Notes under the pieces: model-generated | Databases searched by the model: none | What the model was told of the DNA's origin: nothing | What the model saw: only the letters and a program-made list of their open reading frames with translations | Shown here: positions 31,050 to 42,500 of the stretch, piece by piece | How positions within the stretch are numbered: position 1 is the first letter of the stretch | Layout of the letters: every line of letters begins with the position of its first letter | Made by a program: the position numbers and the translations under genes | Source of the DNA: an uncultured delta proteobacterium | GTDB lineage: Bacteria; Desulfobacterota; Desulfomonilia; UBA1062 | DNA length: 64,000 nt | Reading direction: 5' to 3' | NCBI GenBank assembly: GCA_963798485.1 | Contig: CAWCTR010000004.1 | Span: 381,801-445,800, forward strand

Positions 31050-31988
31050 TTAGCGGCTGAGGCGGTAGCGATCTCCCTCATGGACAACCAGCCCCTTATC
31101 GATGAGACCATCCAGGTGCTTTAGGATCATCTGCTCTTCCCCGAACCAGAGGAGCTCGTCCGAGACCGAGGCATGGTCGGCATCGTAGAAGGGAGAGAGC
31201 CTTACGAGATCTTCTATGCCCATGAGAGGCGATTGCGAGAGGAGGCTAAGGATCTGGCGGTCGCGCTCCTCGAAGAATGCTCTATAGGTGAGGAGCCGCT
31301 TCTTGATGTACGGCTTCTTAAGCGGCCGTGCATGGGACGAGAGGTAGACCTCCACGGGCATTTCCATAACCTGGGCAATGGAATTCTTAAACATCGCAAT
31401 GTCGCACTCCGGGTTGCCGTACCACGGCCCGAAGGGACTCAGGTCTATGTCGAAGCCCATGAGGATCTTTTCATCCGGCGCCCAGAAACAATAGTGGTCA
31501 TTCAGATGCCCCGGGGTGTACAGGGCAACGAAGCTCATGGACCCGCTCGAGAATTCATATTCGTGGCTGAAGGTCGACGTGATGGTGAAGTCCTGAAAGC
31601 CGGTGAGTGCAGGGTAGGTCTCCATCCAGGTAGTGAAGAGCCGATCGCCCACAAACCGCGTGGCCAGCAGCTCTGCCGTCGCTATGGTGTCGCTGTCCTC
31701 CCCGGGCACCATGATCTCTGACCCCAAGGTCTTATCGATCATCCAGCATCCCGAGGTATGGTCCAGGTGGGAGTGCGACACGAAGACCCGGTCTATGCGG
31801 ACCTCTGAGCAGACCTTCTCGATGATCTCCGGCCCGCATCCCGTATCGAATAGGATATTCACGGTGTCCAGGACCAGGAAGGCATTACAGAAAGGCGACC
31901 GGCCCCGGTTGTTTCCATGGATCACATGGAGCTTGTCCGTAACACTGGTGATACGGATGCCTTGTTCAGTGAGCTTATCTAAAATCAT
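31050..31988 (-). CDS. MBL-fold metallo-hydrolase
   Basis: FDTG, SHSHLDH, TPGH; C-terminal winged-helix-like segment. Confidence 0.85.
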   Translation of the reverse strand: MILDKLTEQGIRITSVTDKLHVIHGNNRGRSPFCNAFLVLDTVNILFDTGCGPEIIEKVCSEVRIDRVFVSHSHLDHTSGCWMIDKTLGSEIMVPGEDSDTIATAELLATRFVGDRLFTTWMETYPALTGFQDFTITSTFSHEYEFSSGSMSFVALYTPGHLNDHYCFWAPDEKILMGFDIDLSPFGPWYGNPECDIAMFKNSIAQVMEMPVEVYLSSHARPLKKPYIKKRLLTYRAFFEERDRQILSLLSQSPLMGIEDLVRLSPFYDADHASVSDELLWFGEEQMILKHLDGLIDKGLVVHEGDRYRLSR

Positions 31989-32066
31989 AGGATAGTGCAG
32001 GACTCTATACCCGATCCGCGCAAACGGTCAAGGGGGTCTAAGGTAATAATAAAGTAAATTAATTTG

Positions 32067-32097
32067 TGAATATTCGGATTGACGCTCCGAATATTCA
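32067..32097. promoter_or_regulatory. 12-bp inverted repeat (operator) enclosing a -35-like TTGACG
   Basis: TGAATATTCGGA-ttgacgc-TCCGAATATTCA directly upstream of the AAA gene. Confidence 0.6.
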
Positions 32098-32114
32098 TGA
32101 TAATATATGAGCGC

Positions 32115-33260
32115 ATGATCAACCGGCCTGTATATTTGGAGCGGCTCGCAACCGCTGTGGAGCGGTCACCCATCACCGCCCTTCTCGGACCAAGGCAGTG
32201 CGGAAAAACGACCCTTGCCCGGACCTTTGCCAAGGGTCGCGTCTCGTCTTTGTTCGATCTTGAATCACAGCCCGATCTGATGCGCCTGCAGAACCCGGAG
32301 CTCATGCTGGGTTCCTTGCAAAATATTGTCATTATCGACGAAATTCAGGAGCGGCCGGAGCTGTTCCAGCTCCTCCGGGTCCTTGTCGATCGCCCGAAAA
32401 ACCGGGCCCGGTTTCTCATTCTGGGCAGCGCGTCACCGGATATTGTCAAAAAGGCCTCGGAGAGTCTGGCCGGGCGTGTGGAGTTTGTCGAGCTTGCGGG
32501 ATTCGACCTGACGGAGCTCGGCGCCGCAAAGGTGGACAACTTGTGGTTACGCGGCGGATTTCCGCGATCATTTCTCGCCGATTCCGAAGAAGACAGCATG
32601 GCCTGGCGAGAAGGATTTATCCGTACCTTCCTGACCCGCGATATCCCTCATCTCGGCATTGCCATCCCTCCGGCTGCCATGCGACGCTTCTGGACCATGC
32701 TTGCCCATTATCACGGCCAAACTTGGAATGCCTCGGAACTCGGCCGATCCATGGGGCTTTCCGACAAGACAGTGAGATCCTATCTCGACATCCTTTCAGG
32801 AACTTTCATGATACGCCAATTGCCGCCCTGGTATGAAAATGTAAACAAGCGCCAGGTCAAGGCGCCCAGAATATATTTCCGGGATTCCGGAATTCTCCAT
32901 GGCCTCCTCGATCTTACCGATCTTCACAACCTTTCGGGGCACCCGCGGGTAGGGGCCTCATGGGAAGGTTTCGCCCTCGAACAGGCGCTGCAGATCGTCA
33001 GGCCATCGCAAGCTTATTACTGGGCCACCCACGGCGGCGCCGAACTGGATCTTTTCTTCATGCACCGGGGGCACCGGTATGGCATGGAATTTAAATACAG
33101 CGAGGCGCCCAAAATATCCAAATCGATGCACACAGCCCTTGCTACCCTGAACATTGATCATCTATGGATTGTGCATCCGGGAAAGCATTCTTATCCTGTG
33201 GAAGAAAAGATATCAGTCTGGCCGCTTCGAGAACTTGAATCCTTGCCGAACCAACTGTAG
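32115..33260 (+). CDS. AAA_14 ATPase with DUF4143 domain
   Basis: GPRQCGKTT, IIDEIQ, LGSAS, GGFP, IYFRDSG, ELDL...EFK. Confidence 0.88.
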   Translation: MINRPVYLERLATAVERSPITALLGPRQCGKTTLARTFAKGRVSSLFDLESQPDLMRLQNPELMLGSLQNIVIIDEIQERPELFQLLRVLVDRPKNRARFLILGSASPDIVKKASESLAGRVEFVELAGFDLTELGAAKVDNLWLRGGFPRSFLADSEEDSMAWREGFIRTFLTRDIPHLGIAIPPAAMRRFWTMLAHYHGQTWNASELGRSMGLSDKTVRSYLDILSGTFMIRQLPPWYENVNKRQVKAPRIYFRDSGILHGLLDLTDLHNLSGHPRVGASWEGFALEQALQIVRPSQAYYWATHGGAELDLFFMHRGHRYGMEFKYSEAPKISKSMHTALATLNIDHLWIVHPGKHSYPVEEKISVWPLRELESLPNQL

Positions 33261-33373
33261 GATGGATGAAGCGAAGCGTAACCCATTACCAACTATGAAC
33301 CTCTCCAAGGCGGGAATTGGGGACGAGTTCACATTTCTCCCCATAAAAATAGTGCGCTAAGGCTGGCGGTCGG

Positions 33374-33793
33374 TTAATCCCAAGGATTAATAATCGCTAT
33401 GCCGGTATGTTTGAAATCGGTTTCATTCCTTGTTACTAAGCTGCAGTGGTTATGAAGTGCTGTGGCCGCTATAAGAGAATCGATTGCCGCCATTTTCTTC
33501 CCATCCGATTCAAGGGAGCCTATCAACTGACCCCACATGAGCACAACTTCAGTATCTATTGGGAGAATCCGACCACTAAACCGAGCCAGGAGTTCCTCGA
33601 TCAGCCATGAATGGAGAGTGGTTTTACGCCTCGAGTCAGGTAGTTTCTCTATCCCCTTTCTGATTTCTCCTATGGTGATCACACTCAGATAAGCGCTGTC
33701 AGGGTCTATGCTGTCTATCCAGTTGATTACTTTAGGATTGGGTTTTTTAGCGACCAGTTCTGAAATTACACAGGTATCGAGAAGATACTTCAT
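33374..33793 (-). CDS. vapC: Type II TA toxin, VapC PIN domain
   Basis: YLLDTCVISE...DSLIAATA...LVTRN..DF. Confidence 0.92.
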   Translation of the reverse strand: MKYLLDTCVISELVAKKPNPKVINWIDSIDPDSAYLSVITIGEIRKGIEKLPDSRRKTTLHSWLIEELLARFSGRILPIDTEVVLMWGQLIGSLESDGKKMAAIDSLIAATALHNHCSLVTRNETDFKHTGIAIINPWD

Positions 33794-34044
33794 AGTGAGA
33801 CATCCTCACGCATTCCGGTCATATCTCTACTGAGGTCGAGGTCGATCCCCACAAGAGGAGATTCGCGGAAGAAAGTGGAGAGCTTCTTCTGCGAGGAGAT
33901 CAGCTTACGATATTCACAATAGGATAGCATAACGGCAACTTCAACACCCCGCTTGGTAATAACCTGTGGCCCATGATGGACTGCTTCATCAACTACCTCG
34001 CTCAGTTTATTCTTCGCTTCTTGTATCTGCCAGGCACGTTTCAT
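33790..34044 (-). CDS. Type II TA antitoxin, Phd/YefM family
   Basis: WQIQEAKNKLSEVVD.A...GPQVITKRG; 4-nt overlap with vapC. Confidence 0.9.
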   Translation of the reverse strand: MKRAWQIQEAKNKLSEVVDEAVHHGPQVITKRGVEVAVMLSYCEYRKLISSQKKLSTFFRESPLVGIDLDLSRDMTGMREDVSL

Positions 34045-34057
34045 TATTCATTCCCTC

Positions 34058-34103
34058 CTGTCTAGTCTGTCTAGATGATAATATGCCCCTGGCAAACTGT
34101 CAA
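34058..34103 (-). promoter_or_regulatory. TA operon sigma70 promoter with tandem operator
   Basis: TTGACA-17 nt-TATCAT followed by CTAGACAG-a-CTAGACAG and RBS GGAGG. Confidence 0.7.
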
Positions 34104-34131
34104 GGTTTGATTTAAATATTTTCAAGAAGAA

Positions 34132-34481
34132 GTAGGGGCAGCCTTTATGGCTGCCCTTATCATATTTTATTGTTACTATCTTTTGGTGCCACAATTCGGC
34201 AGGATAGCCGAATTGGACGCACTTTACGTGCGCCCGAAGGGCGAGGGCCATGGATGGCCTGAGTCAAAAGAAAGTAACCAAAGAAAAGGCACCCCGTGAT
34301 CCAGCCCTTCGGGTCCGCTCGCTCGCTTGAAAAATCCGGGCCGCGGCTGAACTCGCTCCGTTCCACTCCGCTCAGACAAACGCCGCTTTCCCCCGAATTT
34401 TTCTGGACTCGCTCACCTGGATCAAGGGGGAAAAGAAAAACACCCCTCTCCAATGTCATTCCGAGCGATAGCGAGGAATCT
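34132..34481. repeat. Cluster of palindromic miniature repeat elements
   Basis: GTAG REP at 34132; IR GTTACTATCTTTTG/CAAAAGAAAGTAAC (34172-34278) enclosing three hairpins; TGTCATTCCGAGCGATAGCGAGGAATCT unit at ~34454-34481. Confidence 0.6.
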
Positions 34482-34699
34482 TGAATCTAAGAAGAATTTT
34501 AAACGTGCCTTGAATCTTGACATTTAATTCATGATTTAAGACCTGACACAATTAAGCTCTGTGGACTTTGATAGGGGATGTTTCAGAGTAAAGATTAAAT
34601 CTGAGAACAGGTACTTTTCAAGCCAATTTGAAAGTATCTATTTATCGCAGTAATCAATACTTGGAAAAATTCTCTCTTCCCGTGTGATCAACAATTTTC

Positions 34700-35991
34700 T
34701 TAATGTTTTATAACTTTAATATATGGGAAAATGGCTAGGGTCTTAGAATAGTTGCTATGAATGTCGCAACCTGATATTAGAAAATGATAATTAATAATAT
34801 GTGTATTGATTGGAATTAATATTTCCTGAGTATATCTATATTCTTTGATACTATTAACAGGATATATTTTATCTCCTACCAAGTAATTAGGAGATTCTAT
34901 CTTTATAAAATTCATTGTGTTAGTGAAATTTACTATTTTGTTATACTTAAATGTGAGGGCTGAATTTTTCACAATAAAATCTTCATTTCCATTAAAGTAG
35001 ATTGTTCTAATTATATGAGATAGTTCATAAATAATTTTATAATGATCAATATTATGTTTTTCAATTGAAAGAAGAGAATTATTAACATCTTGATAGTCAG
35101 AATAAGTTTCCTTGTTTAAATTACTTAGGGCCTCAGAAACACAACTAAGCAGTGATAAATAATTTTCTTCAGTTACATTCAAATATAATTTAGTCGGTCC
35201 CTGTAAATATTTTGTCAAGTTATTAAAACTTTCCAAAGATCCTTGATATTGGCCTTCTTTTATTTGAACATACATCAAACTGGATAATATGAAATAGGCC
35301 GAGTTTTTTAGGGCAGCTATTTTGTCAACAATACGCCACAGTTCACTTGAAGGGAATTCGCCATATTTATTTGATAGGTGAATATTTGTTTCAATTGATA
35401 TAAGACCATCAACTTTGTCACAAAATTTATCTGTTTCACTTGCAAATTTATAATTTCCTTGGTTCGTATTTAATAATACAGTTAACAATGAATTTGCTAG
35501 ATAATACCTGTTATCATTTACAGTTAGATCTACTATTGCCTTATTAATACATTCTAAAGATTTCTTCTCATTTCCCAACGAGTAATACAGCCAACCCTTC
35601 TCATATTCGAGATCAATATGTTTTTCATTTAATGGTACCGATTCTAATACTGATATCGCTTCTTCATTCTTCCCCTTATTTTTAAGTAATATTCCATAAT
35701 AATAAGCTACATTTGGATAATCTGGCTTTTTATTATAAATTTTTTGGAGCATTTTGGATGCTATTTCAATTTGGCCAGCTTCTTTAAAGGAAATTGCACG
35801 TTTATAATCAGAATCATAGGAGATTTCAAAAAAAACATATAATATGTTAGAAGTAAGGGAATAACAGTACAAACTAAAATTAAGAAAATTTTTAATGGTT
35901 TGATTCTGTGTTGATAACAGAATAGACTGTTGTTAAGTCTTTTTTGTTTACATCTTTCAAAATTATTAGTGAATCCCCAGCATCGACCCAT
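34700..35991 (-). pseudogene. AT-rich TPR-containing membrane-anchored protein, frameshifted at a T8 tract
   Basis: ORF 35761-35991 (Cys/His motif and TM) and ORF 34700-35872 (TPR-like repeats) join if T8 at 35828-35835 becomes T9. Confidence 0.55.
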
Positions 35992-36344
35992 TTAATAATC
36001 CTATATTAGGCCTATCCAGTAGTAAATCATATTATACTTTTATTTAACTATAAACCTATATGCAACATTGAATATTACTGCTCCTTGATTTTTTAAGGTG
36101 CATAGAAGAGATCAAATCAGTAGGCTTCTTCATCTGTGAATGCAGCTTGTGTTACTGTAGTAATTTTTTTCATATCCCCGAAACAAAAGATCACGTGCCA
36201 AAATCAAAGCTTTGCCCATACTGAAGATTTCTAAACATAATCTTTACTTTTTGATGAACAAGATGAAGTAACGAGGCATGCTCAAACCTCCTCAAACAAA
36301 TAGCACTCTAAAGGGAAATATATTCCTCGTCTATGCCCCTTTCC

Positions 36345-37754
36345 TCAGAGCCCTTCCAGAAGTCTATGAAACTCCTCCGAATCATCGAGGATCTTTGGTC
36401 CTATCTTTCGTAGGTCGTCCACCTCTTCCTTTTTCAGGCTGAAGGCCGTCGGCATATTCAGGAAGTATTCCCGCTCTTTTTGATCCTTGATCTGGTCAAA
36501 GCCGACATAGATCGCATAGGTCTCTACAGGTGCTGGCGGCTTATACGGCATACCGGCCCCTGGGCAGTTTTTATCAAGGACATCCTTGCAATCATCGTAG
36601 TTCTGAGAGTCCCTGCGCCATTCATCGAAGGTGGTAAAGAGCCCCTGCACGGTTTCGAACGAGTAGTTGCTCATGGGAACTGATGCGATATTATCTACTA
36701 TCGTGAACAGCCCGGGGCTGCATGGTGTCTTGTCTATCTTTGTCTTGGGCTCGGTGCGTGCATCGACCACGATGACCACGATCTTTTTGATTTTCCCTTG
36801 GTTCATTTTATTCGGCAGGCTCCATGGCAGGTCGTTCGAGCCCAGGGCAACCAGCACACTGCGAAGGCCGATGTTGTCGGCCACCCCGCCGTCGAGAATG
36901 TGGATGTATGTGCGCTCATTCCTATTCAGATAAGTGCGTGCAATGCGCGCGCGGTTGAAGCGCGGCGGGTTGTCGAGCAGGTCCTTTGATGCCTCCTTTA
37001 TCCAGGTTGGTTCCTGAGGGCCGCACGTACCGGCATAATTGTTTATCGTCATGGGGGAGAATGCGACGGGGAAGTTTGATGATGCCGCAACGGCACGCGC
37101 CACATGCACACCGCTTAGGTCCGAGCACAGCAGGTCAAACTGCTCCTGGATAAAGGTGAACTGTGAGCCCATGGTCATGTCGGTTGCATTGATCATGATG
37201 AAAGGCCGATGGGACTGGTTGATCAAGTCACCGAAACTTTTGTTTCTGAAGATCTCACGGTCATAAACCTCTTCGGCAAGGTCGATGCGGCCAAAGGTCG
37301 GGGATGCAAGCCGGAACCAGTTTATGGGGTTGAATAGTGAGGCCATCAGGTCTGACTGGATGTTCCGGTACAAGAAAACCTTCTGATACTTTTCCGGATC
37401 AAACAGCTCGTCACCGAACAGGCCGTAGTAGGCGGCCGTGAAGCTGCCCCCGGAAATACCGGAGATGACGTCCACCTCGTCGAGCAGCCGTCGGTCCTTG
37501 CCTTCCCATTGGATCTTGGTATCACGCAGTTTCTCCAGCACGCCGTAAGAAAGCGCTGCGGCTCGCGTCCCTCCTCCTGAGAAGGTCAGGATGACAAAGA
37601 GGCTGTCGGAATTTTCCGGTGCCGTGAGGTTCTCAAAGCGGTATCCGGACTGCGGGTCGTAATGGGCAAGGGGGGGATTGACCGGATACGTGGCGCAGCC
37701 TGTCAGAATAAGGATAATGACTGCAACCAGGGCCGTTTGGGTACGGGTTCTCAT
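36345..37754 (-). CDS. Patatin-like phospholipase, lipoprotein
   Basis: Lipobox LTGC; SGGGTRAA, GISGG nucleophile, DGG motif. Confidence 0.9.
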   Translation of the reverse strand: MRTRTQTALVAVIILILTGCATYPVNPPLAHYDPQSGYRFENLTAPENSDSLFVILTFSGGGTRAAALSYGVLEKLRDTKIQWEGKDRRLLDEVDVISGISGGSFTAAYYGLFGDELFDPEKYQKVFLYRNIQSDLMASLFNPINWFRLASPTFGRIDLAEEVYDREIFRNKSFGDLINQSHRPFIMINATDMTMGSQFTFIQEQFDLLCSDLSGVHVARAVAASSNFPVAFSPMTINNYAGTCGPQEPTWIKEASKDLLDNPPRFNRARIARTYLNRNERTYIHILDGGVADNIGLRSVLVALGSNDLPWSLPNKMNQGKIKKIVVIVVDARTEPKTKIDKTPCSPGLFTIVDNIASVPMSNYSFETVQGLFTTFDEWRRDSQNYDDCKDVLDKNCPGAGMPYKPPAPVETYAIYVGFDQIKDQKEREYFLNMPTAFSLKKEEVDDLRKIGPKILDDSEEFHRLLEGL

Positions 37755-37984
37755 CGATCACCTCCCGATGGCCGGAAATCTTGGATGCGCATAGGCTTGA
37801 TGGAAGTCGTATCTCGGACAATCATCTCGACGGATTCAGGCTGATAGTCCTGCAGGTCTCCCAGGTCGAACACATGGTGCCCACGTTCCACCCTGAGCAT
37901 ATCATTGGTCTTTCCTGCAAGCTGCCCATCGATACGAACATCCCGGGCCGTAGGATAGGAAACCACTACATATTCCATTCTCAT
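37751..37984 (-). CDS. Small hypothetical protein (PEGA-like beta fold) coupled to the patatin gene
   Basis: Strong RBS GGAGGAGG; 4-nt overlap; V.IDG...G.T...L.V..G.H pattern. Confidence 0.55.
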   Translation of the reverse strand: MRMEYVVVSYPTARDVRIDGQLAGKTNDMLRVERGHHVFDLGDLQDYQPESVEMIVRDTTSIKPMRIQDFRPSGGDR

Positions 37985-38267
37985 GATTCTCCTCCTCCAA
38001 CACAAGATTGATGCCAATACACCCGATGCCAACTAATTATAGTCTACATCATTGGACAAGTCATAACAAGGCATTTTAAAAATGAGAGCTGGGGAAGAAA
38101 ATGCTGTGAACGCCCAAGGCACTTTCTTGATATATCTGCAAATAGGGTGTCGCCCCTTATTGTCAATATAATGGCGCATCGCTGATAAACCTGTTGATAA
38201 TACGACGGTTAGCCGGGTAACATGTTTTAACCTATTGATATTATGAATTAATAAACACTACCAAATC

Positions 38268-38283
38268 TGGCACTATTCGTGCA
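38268..38283 (+). promoter_or_regulatory. Sigma54 (-24/-12) promoter
   Basis: TGGCACTATTCGTGCA (GG-N10-GC), preceded by an AT-rich tract. Confidence 0.6.
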
Positions 38284-38387
38284 ATTCCGAAGCATGGAAA
38301 TAAGTTACCTGGAGACATGCTCACAAGTTGTGCATGCAATGAAGGCCGCGATCAGGGATAGATCAATGACATAAGGGAGTCTTGGGC

Positions 38388-38792
38388 ATGAAGAGAATTC
38401 TACTTGTGGAAGATGATGAGCATATCCAATTCCTCATCAAGGAAGAACTTGTGGAAAACGGCTATGAGGTCATAATAGCATCCGACGGCGTTGAGGCCAT
38501 GAAGATGCTCCAGGCCGAAGGGGCGCCCAGTCCTGACCTTATTATCCTGGACATACGCATGCCCAAGATGGACGGGTTTGAGACCATGGGACACATCTTA
38601 AAGTCCAAGATCGACTCGCCTATCATCATCCACTCGGCATACTCGGGCTACAAGAGCCACCCCCTTACCATGGCCGCCGATGCCTACGTGGTCAAGTCAC
38701 ATAATTTTGCGCAGCTCAATGAGACCATCAGTGAGCTGTTGGGGATTAAAGACCTGCCTGATATGGACGCGCTGGCCGCAGAACCCAGTTAA
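38388..38792 (+). CDS. Single-domain response regulator
   Basis: ILLVEDD, PDLIILDIRMPKMDG, YVVKS. Confidence 0.9.
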   Translation: MKRILLVEDDEHIQFLIKEELVENGYEVIIASDGVEAMKMLQAEGAPSPDLIILDIRMPKMDGFETMGHILKSKIDSPIIIHSAYSGYKSHPLTMAADAYVVKSHNFAQLNETISELLGIKDLPDMDALAAEPS

Positions 38793-38997
38793 TCACTGTT
38801 ACAACCAAACGAAGAAAAGGGCCCCTCACCGAAGTCCCCGCGCACAAGGGGCGAGAGGACCAAGCGGCTTCATCTGAATGGAAACCCCGGTAAGGAATTT
38901 TCCTCCTTGAACATCGTGTGCAAGAGGTGCATTCTTATGGGCTAAAGAAGTGTATCAGCCCTGATGAACGGCCGGCTCAGGGGAGAGGAGCTCACCT

Positions 38998-39579
38998 ATG
39001 GAGAAACAGTTTACCAAGGAACAAGGCAAGGCACTGGTAGCACTTGCACGCAAGACCATACAGGAGAACCTGGGTGTACAAATCCCGATAAACCCGAAGC
39101 TTATTGAAGGTCTTGCCGATGATGCCTTAAAGGTCAAGACCGGGACCTTTGTCACCCTGACCATTGGCGGCCGGCTGAGGGGCTGCATCGGCAGCCTGGA
39201 AGGCCGGGAACCCATGGTGGATGGGGTGAGGCACAATGCCGTCAACGCAGCATTTCATGATCCGCGGTTTCCGGCCCTGACGAAAAAGGAATTGGACAAG
39301 CTCCGTATCGAGGTGAGCGTGCTGACCGATCCAAAACCTCTCGCCTACACGGATGCAAACGACCTGCTGAAAAAGCTAAGGCCCGGCATTGATGGTGTCA
39401 TCATCGCTCAGGGTTATGCCTCGGCCACCTTCCTGCCCCAGGTATGGGAACAGCTCCAGGACAAGGAAGAATTTCTGGCGCACCTGTGCATGAAGGCGGG
39501 GCTAAGTCCCGATGCATGGAAAGGAAACATGCTTGAGGTCCGGACCTACCAGGTCCAGTATTTTGAAGAAGAGAAATAA
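38998..39579 (+). CDS. AmmeMemoRadiSam system protein A (AMMECR1 family)
   Basis: GTFVTL...LRGCIG...DPRF...EVSVLT...ATFLPQVW...LCMKAG. Confidence 0.9.
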   Translation: MEKQFTKEQGKALVALARKTIQENLGVQIPINPKLIEGLADDALKVKTGTFVTLTIGGRLRGCIGSLEGREPMVDGVRHNAVNAAFHDPRFPALTKKELDKLRIEVSVLTDPKPLAYTDANDLLKKLRPGIDGVIIAQGYASATFLPQVWEQLQDKEEFLAHLCMKAGLSPDAWKGNMLEVRTYQVQYFEEEK

Positions 39580-39588
39580 TCTTTTCCG

Positions 39589-42500
39589 TTATGCATGCCG
39601 GTGTCTGTTGATGGTTCTGCGAATAGCCGCCTGAAGCTTGTCGAGATAAATGTAGGTAACAGGGGTGATGTACAGTGTCACTATCTGCGAAAAGAGGAGG
39701 CCGCCCACCACGGCTACCCCCAGCGGCTGCCTGGTTTCACCCCCTGCACCCAGCCCGATGGCTATGGGGAGCGTGGCCATGAGGGCCGACATGGTCGTCA
39801 TCATGATGGGCCGAAACCTGATGAGGGCGCCCTGATAGATCGCTTCTTCCGGCTTCTTCCCATCCTTTCTCTCTGCTGCAAGTGCAAAATCGATCATCAT
39901 GATGGCATTCTTCTTCACGATGCCGATGAGCATGATAATCCCCACCAGTGCATAGAGGTTGAGGTCTATGTGGAAGATCGTCAGGGTCAGGAGCGCCCCG
40001 AGCCCGGCAGAGGGGAGTCCTGAAAGGATGGTCAGCGGATGGATGAAGCTCTCATAGAGAATACCAAGCACGATATAGATGACCAGTATCGCCACGAGGA
40101 TCAGTATACCCAGACCCGCCATGGATGCCTGGAAGGCCTGTGCTGTCCCCTGTGAGCTGCCGGTAATCGTCGAAGGTAAAACCGACAGGGCCGTTTTTTC
40201 CACATTATTCACTGCGTCACCGAGAGATTTCCCTGGTGCAAGATTGTAAGACAGCGTCACAGCAGGAAGCTGACCCAGATGGTTGACCGTGAGCGGCCCC
40301 ACGGTCTGATCCAGGCTTGCCACCGTACTCAAGGGAACCAGGTTGCCGGAAGACGACCGGATATACAGGAGGTTTAATGCAGCAGGGTCCATTTGATACT
40401 TCGGTTCGAGCTCGACGATGACCTGATATTCGTTGGTGGGTGCATAGATCGTGGAGACCTGGTTTGCAGAATATGCGTTTTGGAGTGCGGTCTCTATTTG
40501 AAAGGCATTGAGACCCAGCTCCGATGCCTTGTCGCGATTGATGGTTATTGAGATCTGGGGATTCTTGATCTGGAGATCGCTGGTCACATCCTGAAATCCC
40601 GGTAGATCTTTCAGCTTTGATTCCATAATGGGTGCGTATTTATACAACTCGCCGATATCCGGGCCCTGCAGGGTGTACTGGTACTGGCTTTTTGTCAGAT
40701 ACCCGCCGATGCGTATGGGCGGCGGGTTCTGCATGTATACCTGGAGCCCGGTGACCGATGCGAGCTTCGGCCTGAGCTCCTGGATCACCTCATCCGCATT
40801 CAGGCTGCGTTCGCTGCGTGATTTCAAACGGGCCATCATGGAGCCGGTATTGGCCGAGATGCTGCCGAACCCGCTACCAACGCTTGACATGACGATATCT
40901 ACATTAGGGTCTTGTTTCAGGATCCGGGCTACCTTTTTCTGGTGATCCACCATGGATTCGAAGGATGTCCCTTGCGCCGACTCCGTAGAAGCCATGATGA
41001 GCCCGATATCCCCGCTCGGTAGGAACCCTTTGGGCATGACGGCATAGAGGTAGACGGCCCCCACCAGAAAGAGGAAAGAGATGAAAAGTGTGGTCAGGCG
41101 GTGATGTAATACCCATTGGAGGCTCCTGTCATATGCGTGGAGCAACCCGTCAAAAAAACGCTCGGAGGCCAGATAGACCCGGCTGTGCTTTTTATGCTCG
41201 ACAGGGCGCAGGGTTATACTTGCGAGCATAGGTGTCAGGCTTAAGGATACGAAACCGGAGATGAGTACTGCTACGGCGATGGTGACGGCAAACTCGTGGA
41301 GCAACCTTCCGACAATCCCACCCATAAAGAGGACCGGGATGAAGACAGCTACGAGGGATATCGTCATGGAGATGATGGTGAAGCTTATCTCCCTTGATCC
41401 GTTGAAAGCAGCATCACGCGCGCTCTCGCCATGCTCCATGTGACGGACGATATTTTCGAGCATGACAATGGCATCATCCACGACAAACCCCACGCACAAC
41501 GTCAGGGCCATGAGCGAAAGGTTGTCGAGATTGTACCCCCCCAAATACATCGCTGCAAAGGTCCCTATGAGGGACAGGGGCAGTGCGAGGCTGGGGATGA
41601 CGGTAGCGGAGAGATTACGCAGGAAAAGGAAGATCACCATGACCACGAGAACCAGTGCCAGCAGCAGTGTGAGCTGAACATCCCTGATGGAATCCTTGAT
41701 GGATTGGGACCTGTCATAGAGGATTTCGAGGTTCATGGATGCCGGGGCCAGTGAACGGTATTTCGGCAGGATATCCTTGATGGACTGAGCGACCTCGACG
41801 GTATTGGTGCCGGGCTGGCGCAGGATCGCCAGTACGATGGACCTATTGTCGTTGAACCATGAAGCGATCTTGTCATTTTCAACACTGTCGACCATGTGGC
41901 CCAGTTCACCGAGCCGTATCGGCGAGCCGCCCCTGTACCCTACAATCAACGGCTTGTAGGCTTCCGCATTTGTCAGCTGCCCGAAGGCCTGGACCGTGAA
42001 TGCCTTGTGGGCACCCCACAGTGTGCCTGTCGGGAGGTTGACGTTCCCGGAGGCCACTGCATTGGCGACATCATCAATCCCGATGGACCTGCCGGCCAGG
42101 GCCTTCGGGTCGAGCTGTATTCTGACTGCATACTTCTGCGACCCGTATACCTGCACCTCTGCCACACCGCTGATCATTGATATGCGCTGTGCAAGGAGCG
42201 TCTCTGCAAATTCGTCCACTGTTGACAGCGGCAAGGTCGGCGAATTCAGCGAGAGCATAAGAATGGGCGAGTCCGCCGGATTCACCTTCCTGAAGAAAGG
42301 CGGGCTCGGCATGTTCACAGGGAGCAGGCGCGCCGCTGTGCCGATGGCGGTTTGGACATCCTGTGCTGCTGCGTCGATGTTCCGGCTCAGGTTGAATTGC
42401 AGGGTGATCTGGGTGGTCCCCAGGGCACTCGTCGAGGTCATGGAGTCGAGGCCGGCGATGGTGGAGAACTGTCGTTCGAGCGGTGTGGCAACGGCCGAGG

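Noticed and set aside
38800-38900. GC-rich intergenic stretch as a riboswitch or ncRNA
   Set aside because: Only short stems; no recognisable family consensus
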